From contig PXRE01000005.1 of assembly GCA_003021085.1 (NCBI GenBank), forward strand, positions 3,433 through 67,432: a DNA stretch of 64,000 nt. Direction: 5' to 3'. This DNA is from Halobacteriales archaeon QS_1_68_20. GTDB taxonomy: Archaea; Halobacteriota; Halobacteria; Halobacteriales; PXRE01. This document shows, one piece after another, positions 29,309-38,139 of this stretch; within the stretch, counting starts at the first letter, position 1; each line of letters begins with the position of its first letter. The notes below the pieces were generated by a model that saw only the letters and a program-made list of their open reading frames with translations, was not told where the DNA came from and did no database searches. The position numbers and the translations under genes are program-made.

Positions 29309-30568
29309 CTACTCGTCGCGGTCCACGTCGTCCCAGCGAACGTCGTCGTACGACCGGTGGCGCTCGCTGTCGAACTGCCGCTCCAGCGTGGTCCGCAGTG
29401 ACTCCTTCTCGTCACGGCTGATCCGCGCGAGGTCGTCGGCCTTCCGGACGGCCAGCGGCGGCCCACGCTCGGCGGCGATCTCGGTGAGCGCCTGCCGGAC
29501 CAGCGCCTCGCGGCGGTCCTCGTCGCGGGTGAACGCGTACGGCGCTTCGAGCCTGAAGACGACGTCCTCCCGGGGGTCGTAGATCACGCAGAAGGTCACC
29601 TCGTAGGCCTCCGGGTCCAGTTCCCGGTCGACGTCCAGATCCTCGCCGTCCTGGCTGAAAACCCGGTCGGTGCCGCCCCGGGACCGGAACCAGCTGGTGA
29701 ACGTCAACTGGTCGGTCCGGCGCTGTAGTTCGCCGCCGACCTCCTCGTGGCGTTCGAGGATCTGCCGGAACAGGGCGGCGTCGTCCACCCACGGCGCCGT
29801 CGTCTTCTTCCGCAACGTCCGCGTGATGGCCTTCGCGCCGGGGTTCTTGACGAAGCCGACCAGCGGGACGTCACGGCCGACGAACCGCTCGACCAGGCGG
29901 ACGTAGTTGCGGACGACGTCTCGGGGCAGGTCCTCGTCGACGAGCAACTGCCTGAGTTCCGGGTCCCGGTCCAGCCAGTTGAGCATCCCCGTCGGGTACA
30001 GCGGGCCGTCGAGGTACAGCAGGTCCTCGACCTCGTCGGCGTTCCCCAGGGCGTGTTTGCTCTCGGCGAGGTACAGTGCCAGCGCGTGGACGACCGCCTC
30101 CTCGTAGCGGTTCACCCGGGGCACTTGGATGAACCGCTGGCGGCAGTACCCCTCGTCTTCGTTCTGCCAGTCGGTGTCGAGGTCGCTGGCGGGGTCGCCC
30201 GTGTGGGCGGTCATCACGATGGTCCGCTCGCGGTGCAGTTCGAGGTCCGACGGGCAGGCGGCCATCGCCGCCTGGGCGACGTCCAGCACCAGGCCGTTCT
30301 TGAACGTCGTCGGGTTGATCGTCCCCGAGTCGAGGCCGTGGGTCGTCTCGAACTCCCCGCCCCGGAGCGCCACGTCGTCGATCTCCGTCGAGCGCCGCCG
30401 GAGGTCCCCGAGCGGTTCCAGAACGACCCGGCCGTCGTCCCAGAGGGGGTCGAGGAGCTCCGCCCAGACGGTCGCCGCCACCTCCCGGTGCTCGGACTCG
30501 TCGACGTCGTGGCTGACGTTGCGAGCGAGGCGCGCGATGCCGTCGAAGTGCACCGGGTCCAGCGTCAC
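29309..30568 (-). CDS. NurA-domain nuclease-like protein
   Basis: 419 aa. Overall resemblance to haloarchaeal NurA (MTLDPVHF..., HGLDSGTINP, LYLDGPLYPTG). Assignment is from memory of the family, not a search. Confidence 0.55.
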   Translation of the reverse strand: MTLDPVHFDGIARLARNVSHDVDESEHREVAATVWAELLDPLWDDGRVVLEPLGDLRRRSTEIDDVALRGGEFETTHGLDSGTINPTTFKNGLVLDVAQAAMAACPSDLELHRERTIVMTAHTGDPASDLDTDWQNEDEGYCRQRFIQVPRVNRYEEAVVHALALYLAESKHALGNADEVEDLLYLDGPLYPTGMLNWLDRDPELRQLLVDEDLPRDVVRNYVRLVERFVGRDVPLVGFVKNPGAKAITRTLRKKTTAPWVDDAALFRQILERHEEVGGELQRRTDQLTFTSWFRSRGGTDRVFSQDGEDLDVDRELDPEAYEVTFCVIYDPREDVVFRLEAPYAFTRDEDRREALVRQALTEIAAERGPPLAVRKADDLARISRDEKESLRTTLERQFDSERHRSYDDVRWDDVDRDE

Positions 30569-30704
30569 GTTACCCCCATCTCACCCGGGGGCGAAAAACG
30601 GTTCGGGCGAGGACGCCGTCGCGCTCGCCGCGTCGGCGGTCCCCGTCGTTTCGGCCGTCTGGCGCCTTCGCGCCGTTGACTCGGGGCCGAGTAAATAATT
30701 ATAA

Positions 30705-30715
30705 GAACGCTTATG
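30705..30715 (+). promoter_or_regulatory. BRE/TATA box (GAACGCTTATG) for the leaderless gene at 30741
   Basis: Same AACGCTTAT motif as at 3090 and 37526, about 30 nt upstream of the ATG. Confidence 0.5.
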
Positions 30716-30740
30716 TTTCGTGGCGGTCCAGCCGCGAGCG

Positions 30741-30992
30741 ATGAACGAGCGGCCCCGCGGGGACGGGCGGGCGGAACGCATCGTCGACTGGCGGACCACC
30801 GAGGACGGCGTCGAACTGTTCGACGCGGAGGAGCCAGGCGCCTGGATCGCCATGGAGTTCCGCGCCGGCATCTCGCCCGAGCACCGACTGTTCGCCGTCT
30901 GCACGGAGTGCGGGTTCACCGCGCCCCAGCGCGTCCCGCCGGGCACGCGGATGGTCTGTGGCTCCTGCGACGCGGAAATTGGCGACGACTGA
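30741..30992 (+). CDS. small zinc-ribbon protein
   Basis: MNERPRGDG...FAVCTECGF...MVCGSCDAEI (CxxC...CxxC). The ATG at 30741 is preferred over the GTG at 30720 because of TATA spacing. Confidence 0.5.
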   Translation: MNERPRGDGRAERIVDWRTTEDGVELFDAEEPGAWIAMEFRAGISPEHRLFAVCTECGFTAPQRVPPGTRMVCGSCDAEIGDD

Positions 30993-31035
30993 GCGGGTCG
31001 GAAGCCTCTTGCCAGCACCGGTCCAGCGACGGGGT

Positions 31036-32220
31036 ATGGACCGGGAACTCGTCGCTGAGAAGACCGAACAGGCCCGCGAGGCGGTCGCGGAGAGCGACGC
31101 CGACGCCTGGCTGACGTTCGCCCGCGAGACGACCGAGATCGCCGAACCCTGTCTGCCCTACCTCCTGGGGTTCGACGTCGTCTGGCCGACGGTCGTGCTG
31201 GTGATCCCGGACCGATCGGCGGTGGTGCTGGGCCGCCACGACGCCCCCAACGCGGAGCGACTCGACGTCCACGACGTCTCCCCCTACGACGAGTCGATGG
31301 CCGACCCCGTGGCGGACCTGCTCGCCGCGACCGACCCCGACCGGATCGCCGTCAACTACTCCGAGGACGACGTGGTCGCCGACGGTCTCACCCACGGGAT
31401 GTACCGTCGGCTGGAGGGGCTTCTCGACGACGCCGGCTTCGACGGCGAGTTGACCAGCGCCGAGTCTATCGTCGGGGCGGTCAGGGGCCGGAAGTCCCCG
31501 ACCGAGCGCGGGCGAGTCCGGGAGGCCGCCGAACGCACCGAAGGGCTGTTCGCGGAGATGGCCGACGAGTGGAACCCGGACTGGACCGAGGCCGACGTCT
31601 CCGAGTTCCTCCACGACCGGATGCGCGAGGAAGGCTACGGGTCGGCGTGGTCGTGGGACTACTGCCCGACGGTCCACGCGGGCGGCGACGTCGAGGTGGG
31701 CCACACGCTACCCGGCGACCGGACCGTTCCGCAGGGCGAACTCCTGCACGTCGACTTCGGCGTCACCCACGATGGGTACGCTGCCGACGTACAGCGCGTC
31801 TATTTCCGGCCCGAGGAACCGGACGGGGAGGCGCCCGACGACCTCCAGGCCGCCTTCGCGGACGTGCGCGCGGCCATCGACGCCGGGCGCGAACTGCTCG
31901 AACCGGGCGTCCAGGGCCACGAAGTCGACGCCGCCGCCCGCGAGGAACTGACCGACCGCGGGTGGCCAGCGTTCCAGCACGCCTTCGGCCACCAGGTCGG
32001 GCGCAACGCCCACGACGGCGGGACGCTTCTCGGCCCGCTCTGGGACCGCTACGGCGACCAGCCCCGCGGCGAGGTCCGGGCGGGCGAGATTTACACCGTC
32101 GAGCTGGGCGTCGACACCGAGTTCGGCTACGTCGGCCAGGAGGAGATGGTGCGGGTGATCGATGGGGGCCACGAGTTCGTGGTGGGGCCCCAGACCGAGT
32201 TGCGGCGGCTATCGCCGTGA
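31036..32220 (+). CDS. M24 family metallopeptidase (Xaa-Pro aminopeptidase-like)
   Basis: ATG at 31036 (MDRELVAEK). Metal-ligand regions HVDFGVTHDGYAADV, FGHQVGRNAHDG, YTVELG. Confidence 0.85.
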   Translation: MDRELVAEKTEQAREAVAESDADAWLTFARETTEIAEPCLPYLLGFDVVWPTVVLVIPDRSAVVLGRHDAPNAERLDVHDVSPYDESMADPVADLLAATDPDRIAVNYSEDDVVADGLTHGMYRRLEGLLDDAGFDGELTSAESIVGAVRGRKSPTERGRVREAAERTEGLFAEMADEWNPDWTEADVSEFLHDRMREEGYGSAWSWDYCPTVHAGGDVEVGHTLPGDRTVPQGELLHVDFGVTHDGYAADVQRVYFRPEEPDGEAPDDLQAAFADVRAAIDAGRELLEPGVQGHEVDAAAREELTDRGWPAFQHAFGHQVGRNAHDGGTLLGPLWDRYGDQPRGEVRAGEIYTVELGVDTEFGYVGQEEMVRVIDGGHEFVVGPQTELRRLSP

Positions 32221-32240
32221 ATTGCCAGAGGTCGATGCCC

Positions 32241-32558
32241 CTACTCCCCCCGTAGCTGTCTCACGAGGTTGAGGTGCATGAGGTGGAGGTGCATCCCGAT
32301 CCCGAACAGCAACAGCCCCGTCCCGACGAAGATCAGCGGGAGGAGGATCGCGTCGACCGCGCTCTCGACGCTTCCGAGGTTGGCTGGCAGCCGCCCGACG
32401 ACCGAGAGGACGAGCGCGCCGACGACGCCGAGCCCGAGTTTGAGGAGCCGGGAGTACTGCTCGACCTGCTCGATGCGGTCCTCGATGTCGGCAGTACCGG
32501 GAGTTCCGTCACGAGCCACAACGAGACAGGGGGACTCGCCGTATTTACGCCGTTTCAC
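32241..32558 (-). CDS. hypothetical 2-TM membrane protein
   Basis: 105 aa ORF with two hydrophobic helices; no family recognised. Confidence 0.4.
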   Translation of the reverse strand: MKRRKYGESPCLVVARDGTPGTADIEDRIEQVEQYSRLLKLGLGVVGALVLSVVGRLPANLGSVESAVDAILLPLIFVGTGLLLFGIGMHLHLMHLNLVRQLRGE

Positions 32559-32688
32559 CGCCCTGGAGTGTGTTCGCCGGCCGCCGGGGCGGCGACCATG
32601 CTACCCGCTCGTCCGATTACCTGGCTCCGTCGAAGCCGTTCAGGATCGAACGGACACCTAATTACGACTGGCGACCGACCCTCCCGAC

Positions 32689-34332
32689 ATGGACGTAGCC
32701 CTGGTGATCCTCGACGGCTGGGGCCTCGGACCGACGGACGATCCGGACCACCGCAACGCCGTCGAGACGGCCGAGACGCCGAACTTCGACCGCTACGCCG
32801 ACGCCGGCGCCTACGGGACCCTGGAGGTCTCCGGGCGCGCGGTCGGGCTGCCGGACGCCCAGATGGGCAACAGCGAGGTCGGTCACCTCAACGTCGGCGC
32901 GGGCCGGGTGGTCTACCAGGAGTACACCCGGATCAACGATTCCATCACCGCCTCCGACCTCGACACCCTGGGCGACCTGGAGGCCTCCGGCGCCGGGAAC
33001 GTGCCCGACGAACCGTTCGACGAGAACCCCGCCCTGCTCGCGGCGTTCGAGCACGCCCGCGAGCACGACGGCCGGGTCCACTTCATGGGGCTGGTCAGCG
33101 ACGGCGGCGTCCACTCGGACTACGAGCACCTGTTCGCGCTGATCGAGATGGCAGACGACCTCGGCGTCGACGCGGTCACTCACGCGTTCACCGACGGCCG
33201 GGACACCGACCCCGAGAGCGGCGCCGGCTACCTCCGGGACCTCGAAGCCGTCGTCGACCGCTACGGGACCGGCGAGGTCGCCACCGTCTCCGGGCGCTAC
33301 TACGCGATGGACCGCGACCGCAACTGGGACCGGACGAGACGCGCCTACGACGTCATCACGCGACGCGTGGTGAGCAATCAGAACCCGGAGAATTCTGATG
33401 ACGCCATGGTGAACCGCCAGGCCGAGTTCGAGGCGCCCTCGGCGGTCGAATCGTCCTACGACCGCGGGACGACCGACGAGTTCGCCGAACCCACCCTCGT
33501 CAGCGGCGAACCGGCCCTGGAGGACGGCGACGGGGTAGTATTCTTCAACTTCCGGGCCGACCGCGCCCGCCAGTTGACCCGGATGCTCGCGGACCTGCCG
33601 CCCGAGGACGACTCGGTGGCCGAATCGGGGACCACCTGGCCGGATCCGCCCGAGGTGACGGTGACGACGATGACCGAGTACGACCGGACGTTCGACCTCC
33701 CGGTGGCGTTCGAACCGCACCAGCCCGGGGACGTGCTGGGCGAGGTGCTGGCCGACGTCGGCTACAGTCAGTTGCGCATCGCCGAGTCCGAGAAGTACGC
33801 CCACGTCACCTACTTCCTCAACGGCGGCCGCGAGGTGGAGTTCGACGGCGAAATTCGCCGCATCGTCGAGAGCCCCGACGTGCCGACCTACGACCAGCAG
33901 CCCGAGATGAGCGCCCCGGAGGTCACCGACACCGCCATCGAGTGCATCGAGGATCGGGACCCGGACGTGATGGTCCTGAACTACGCGAACCCGGACATGG
34001 TCGGCCACACCGGCGACTACGAGGCGGCGACCACCGCCGTCGAAGCCGTCGACGAGCAACTGGGCCGACTCGTGGACGCCTGCCAGGAGGCGGGCGCCCA
34101 CGTCCTGCTCACCGCCGACCACGGCAACGCCGACGACATGGGCACCGAGGAGGACCCACACACTGCCCACACCTACAACGACGTGCCGCTCGTGTACCTC
34201 GCGCCCGACGGGACCGACGGCGGGAACCGAATCCGGGGCGGTGGCCGACTGGCGGACGTCGCGCCGACGATGCTGGCGTTGCTGGGGATCGACGAGCCCG
34301 AGGCGATGACCGGGGAGGAGTTGTTGACCTAG
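32689..34332 (+). CDS. gpmI: 2,3-bisphosphoglycerate-independent phosphoglycerate mutase
   Basis: ILDGWG, MGNSEVGHLNVGAGR, TADHGNAD motifs; 547 aa. Confidence 0.9.
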   Translation: MDVALVILDGWGLGPTDDPDHRNAVETAETPNFDRYADAGAYGTLEVSGRAVGLPDAQMGNSEVGHLNVGAGRVVYQEYTRINDSITASDLDTLGDLEASGAGNVPDEPFDENPALLAAFEHAREHDGRVHFMGLVSDGGVHSDYEHLFALIEMADDLGVDAVTHAFTDGRDTDPESGAGYLRDLEAVVDRYGTGEVATVSGRYYAMDRDRNWDRTRRAYDVITRRVVSNQNPENSDDAMVNRQAEFEAPSAVESSYDRGTTDEFAEPTLVSGEPALEDGDGVVFFNFRADRARQLTRMLADLPPEDDSVAESGTTWPDPPEVTVTTMTEYDRTFDLPVAFEPHQPGDVLGEVLADVGYSQLRIAESEKYAHVTYFLNGGREVEFDGEIRRIVESPDVPTYDQQPEMSAPEVTDTAIECIEDRDPDVMVLNYANPDMVGHTGDYEAATTAVEAVDEQLGRLVDACQEAGAHVLLTADHGNADDMGTEEDPHTAHTYNDVPLVYLAPDGTDGGNRIRGGGRLADVAPTMLALLGIDEPEAMTGEELLT

Positions 34333-34410
34333 TAGCCGGTCTCGTTCGGTTCGGAGTGAACGTGGCGCCAACGACGACGTTACCGGCAACGAGGGCGTCC
34401 GCTGGAACGG

Positions 34411-34662
34411 TCACTTGCTGGCGATCCACTCCCGGGCCTCCGTCACGTCGTCGGTGACCCGCATCTCACCGTCGAAGTCCGCCGCACCGTCGACGATCAG
34501 TTTCGAGGCGGTCTTCGACTGGAAGTACCCCAGAAGGTCGTTGGCCCCCTGGCGGAACTGCTCGCCTGCGGCGACGTCGTTCCACGTGAAGACGACCGCC
34601 CGGAGGCCGTCGCCGAACTCGACCGTGGACAGTTCGGTCTCGGTGTCCACCGTCCGAGACAC
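34411..34662 (-). CDS. small conserved-domain protein, shortened paralog of 34775..35203
   Basis: GTG at 34662 gives (M)SRTVDTETELSTVEFGDGLRAVVFTWNDVAAGEQFRQGANDLL, parallel to MPRTVENETELYTVEWDDDLDAVLFTWEEFASGERFREGANDLL of the neighbour. Confidence 0.45.
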   Translation of the reverse strand: MSRTVDTETELSTVEFGDGLRAVVFTWNDVAAGEQFRQGANDLLGYFQSKTASKLIVDGAADFDGEMRVTDDVTEAREWIASK

Positions 34663-34774
34663 GTCACGCTGACGACGAACGTCACGAACGAGCGTAGTGG
34701 CCGATCCGGGGGAACTCGGCCGGCCGGGAGAATGACGAACCAGCCCCGGCGGCATGCCACCGTCGAGTGGCCGG

Positions 34775-35203
34775 CTACCCCATCTCAGCCGGCTTCGGCT
34801 GGTAGGGATCCGCGAGCCACTCGCGGGCAGTCTCGACGCCGGGGGCGACGTACATCGTGTGCGGGAAATCCGAGACCGTCTCGGCGAACCGCTCCATGTC
34901 CATCTCGGCGATGACGCTATCCTTGTGGACCATGGCGGCGTACTCAAGGCCGGCGTCGAGCGCCTCCGGAATCCACTCCCGCATGAGTCACTGCGTGTCC
35001 TCCTCGCGGTGGCCCCGGATGCCGCTCGTATCGACGAGCATCTTCGAACTGTCCCGGTCCTGGAAGCACTCCAGGAGGTCGTTGGCGCCCTCGCGGAACC
35101 GCTCGCCGGAGGCGAACTCCTCCCACGTGAAGAGGACCGCGTCGAGGTCGTCGTCCCACTCGACCGTGTACAGTTCGGTCTCGTTCTCCACCGTCCGAGG
35201 CAT
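34775..35203 (-). pseudogene. 143-codon reading frame interrupted by one in-frame TGA (34988..34990); otherwise two adjacent ORFs
   Basis: Minus strand reads ...REEDTQ TGA L M R E W I P E..., all in one frame. Track ORFs 34988..35503 and 34775..34984 are the two halves. Confidence 0.5.
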
Positions 35204-35541
35204 ACTGGTACAACGACGAACGAACAAGCGTACTGGCCGACCTGCCGCCGACGATGTTGGCCCAGCAGGTCGTCGAGAACCCGGCGACGACCGTCGGGGA
35301 GCGCCTGCCAGCGTAGCCCGCGCCCACCGTCGCCGGGAGCGAAGCAGCCGCCGGCGGTGAGACACCAGCGATTTGCGGCAGGCGTTCCAAGCGCCCCGGG
35401 CTGTCACTCGCCGAGGAGTTCGAACTCCAGGGCGACCGCACGTCCGTCTATCGGTTCGTCGAGGGCCACGGCCCGGTCGACCCGTCGCTGGTCGCCAAGG
35501 CAACCGACGTCGATCCCGAGTCGTTCCACCACCTCGTCGCC

Positions 35542-36135
35542 ATGCTGCAACGCGACGACTTGCTCGAAGCGACCGAGGACGGACGGCTCGTGGTGGCCGT
35601 CCACCCCGGCGAGGCAGAGTCGTTCTCGGAGGGGGGCGTCGACTACGAGATTCGGCCGGCCCGCAAGTCGGACCTCTCGGGGCTGGTCGGGGTCATCCGG
35701 CAGGTGTGCGAGGACGGGGCGTCCGTCGTCGCCCGGGAGCTGGCCGACCGGCTCGTCTACGAGGACATCGTCGTCCGGCGAACCCCGACCCGCTCGCGGG
35801 TGGTCTTCGTCGGGACGGTGTCGGACGAGGTCGTCGGCTGGAGTGACGTCGAACTCGCGGACCACCCGCGGCTGTCCGGGACCGCCGAACTGACCGTCGG
35901 GGTCATCGACGCGTACCGCCGCCACGGAATCGGGAGCCACCTGGTCCAGCGCGGGGTCACGTGGGCGGGCACCGAGGGATGCCGGAAGATCTACCAGAGC
36001 GTCCCGGCCCCGAACGAGACCGGGATCGCGTTCCTGGAGACCAACGGCTGGGAGGTCGAAGCCGTCCGCGAGGACCACTACCAGCTCGACGGGGAGCTCG
36101 CCGACGAGGTGATGCTCGCCCGGAGGATCGAGTGA
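35542..36135 (+). CDS. GNAT family N-acetyltransferase
   Basis: Acetyl-CoA motif VIDAYRRHGIGSHLV. The in-frame upstream stretch 35317..35541 encodes a winged-helix-like segment but has no ATG/GTG/TTG. Confidence 0.7.
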   Translation: MLQRDDLLEATEDGRLVVAVHPGEAESFSEGGVDYEIRPARKSDLSGLVGVIRQVCEDGASVVARELADRLVYEDIVVRRTPTRSRVVFVGTVSDEVVGWSDVELADHPRLSGTAELTVGVIDAYRRHGIGSHLVQRGVTWAGTEGCRKIYQSVPAPNETGIAFLETNGWEVEAVREDHYQLDGELADEVMLARRIE

Positions 36136-36209
36136 CGTCGTCGGCTCCACGGCGATTCGACGGTCGGTTCGCCGGAACGCACATCTCCCTGGCGACCGCA
36201 GTGACGGGC

Positions 36210-36953
36210 ATGTCCGACGACCGGCCGCTGACCGGCGACGCGGCGATCGTGACCGGCGCGAGTTCCGGCGTCGGCGCGGCCACGGCGCGGGCGCTGGCGG
36301 CCGACGGCGCCCACGTGGCGCTGGCCGCCCGCCGCCAGCAGCGCCTCGACGAACTGGCAAACGAACTGGAAGCCGACCACGGCGTCGACGCCCTGGCGGT
36401 GCCAACGGACGTCCGCGACGAGGACGCGGTCGAGGCGCTGGTGGAAGCGACCGTCGAGGAGTTCGGCGCCCTGGACGTGCTGGTGAACAACGCCGGCCTC
36501 GCCAGGGGCCGGGACGTCGAGACGATGGCCACCGAGGACTACCGGGCGATGCTAGACACGAACGTCGACGGCGTCTTCTACGCGACGCGGGCGGCACTGC
36601 CGCACCTCCGGGAGCGCGAGGGGAACCTGATCTTCGTCGGGAGTTTCGCCGGCCAGTACCCCCGGCCGTTCAACCCGGTCTACGCGGCGACGAAGTGGTG
36701 GGTCCGGGGGTTCGCGCTGAGCGTCGAGGCCAGCGTCGGCGACGAGGGCGTAGCCGTCACGGTGGTCAACCCCTCGGAAGTACGCACGGAGTTCGGCAGC
36801 GACTACGGCGACCCCTTCGCCGAGCGGTTCGACCCCGGCGAGGTCACCGAACCCGAGGAGGTTGCCGCCGCCATCGCGTTCGCTGCCCGGCAGGACGGGT
36901 CGACCGTCAGCGAACTCGACCGCTACCGCCGGGACAAGCTATCGTTCTTCTGA
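36210..36953 (+). CDS. SDR family oxidoreductase
   Basis: ATG at 36210 (MSDDRPLTGDAAIVTGASSGVG); NNAG, YAATKWW motifs. Confidence 0.85.
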   Translation: MSDDRPLTGDAAIVTGASSGVGAATARALAADGAHVALAARRQQRLDELANELEADHGVDALAVPTDVRDEDAVEALVEATVEEFGALDVLVNNAGLARGRDVETMATEDYRAMLDTNVDGVFYATRAALPHLREREGNLIFVGSFAGQYPRPFNPVYAATKWWVRGFALSVEASVGDEGVAVTVVNPSEVRTEFGSDYGDPFAERFDPGEVTEPEEVAAAIAFAARQDGSTVSELDRYRRDKLSFF

Positions 36954-36961
36954 GCGGGGGC

Positions 36962-37210
36962 TCAGCGGTCGTCGCCGATCCGCTTGCCCGCCTCGAAGAC
37001 CGCCACGGTGGTCACGGCGAACCCCACGGCCGCGACCATCCCGACGGCCGCGGCGGCCGACCCTGCGGCGAGCGCTGCGGCGACGCCGACGAGGACGCCG
37101 CCGACGAGGCCGAACCCGGCGGCGACCAGCAGGGCCAGCGTGGCGGAGTCACCGACGGCCGCCAGTCGTTCCACCGGGCGTTCCACGGCGTCGTCTTGAG
37201 CTACCGTCAT
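36962..37210 (-). CDS. small Gly/Ala-rich 2-TM membrane protein
   Basis: ATG at 37210 (MTVAQDDAVERPV...) followed by two hydrophobic helices. Confidence 0.4.
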   Translation of the reverse strand: MTVAQDDAVERPVERLAAVGDSATLALLVAAGFGLVGGVLVGVAAALAAGSAAAAVGMVAAVGFAVTTVAVFEAGKRIGDDR

Positions 37211-37524
37211 GGTCCCCTCATTTCTGTTGGAGGACTTAAACCCGGGACACGATTGCCTGCCGTCCACCACGGTTTAATTCAGTTTAAATTAGAAGTAAAC
37301 TGACTCTCGACGGATTAGATGGCGTGATTTGCGATCTACGGACGGGCCGGACGAGTCGAGCGAACCGGGCGTCCGTCGCGTCGTCGACCCCCGTGGCATT
37401 CCGGTGTTCGTTCGGCCGGATCGGATCGGTGGTTTGAACCGGCGTCGTTCCGAAAGAATCGACGAGGGGACGCGTCGTCGCCGCTCGCGCGTTCGGGGCG
37501 CGGTCGCAGCATTTGAGCCGAAGC

Positions 37525-37535
37525 AAACGCTTATG
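37525..37535 (+). promoter_or_regulatory. BRE/TATA box (AAACGCTTATG) for the leaderless gene at 37559
   Basis: Third copy of the AACGCTTAT motif, about 28 nt upstream of the ATG. Confidence 0.5.
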
Positions 37536-37558
37536 TGCGGCGATGGATACCGAGACAC

Positions 37559-37963
37559 ATGGACGACATTTTCGTCGCACGGTTGATGACGCCCGATCCG
37601 TACACGGTCGACCCGGATACGCTGGTCGAGGACGCCGCGGAGGCGATGCTCGAGCGGGGAATCGGTTCGGTGCTGGTCGCCGACGAGGACAACCGACTGG
37701 AGGGGATCCTGACGAACACGGACTTCGTGCAGATCGTCGCGGAGCGCAAACCCAAAGACCAGACGGCCGTGTCGGCGTACATGACCACCGACGTCGTGAC
37801 CGCGGGTGCACAGGACCCGATCACGGAGGCGGCGGACGCGATGATCGAACGCGGGTTCCACCACCTGCCGGTCGTCGACGAGGAGGAGGGCGTCATCGGC
37901 ATCGTCTCGACGACGGACCTGACGGCCTACCTGTCGGAAGTCCAGTCGCCCAGTCCGGCCTGA
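37559..37963 (+). CDS. CBS domain pair protein
   Basis: Two CBS repeats (MTPDPYTVDPDT...GIGSVLVADE; MTTDVVTAGAQD...HHLPVVDEEEGVIGIVSTTD). Confidence 0.85.
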   Translation: MDDIFVARLMTPDPYTVDPDTLVEDAAEAMLERGIGSVLVADEDNRLEGILTNTDFVQIVAERKPKDQTAVSAYMTTDVVTAGAQDPITEAADAMIERGFHHLPVVDEEEGVIGIVSTTDLTAYLSEVQSPSPA

Positions 37964-38139
37964 CCCGAACCGCACCGACTAGAACCGCCGCCTCCCGACC
38001 TTTTATCATCTTCTCGAAAACCAATTAGAACGTAATATATCGACCATTGGATAATACCTGGCTAGTAATATTGGAAAACTCCGGTTATATTCTTAAAGTA
38101 CACGCGAATTCTCGCTGGGGTGTCACGGGAGGGACGAGG

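Noticed and set aside
24032-34990. TGA recoding (Trp or selenocysteine) suggested by two in-frame TGAs.
   Set aside because: Many intact genes in the window end in TGA, including ATGA-coupled operon junctions. No SECIS-like context was evident. Simple TGG to TGA mutation explains both cases.
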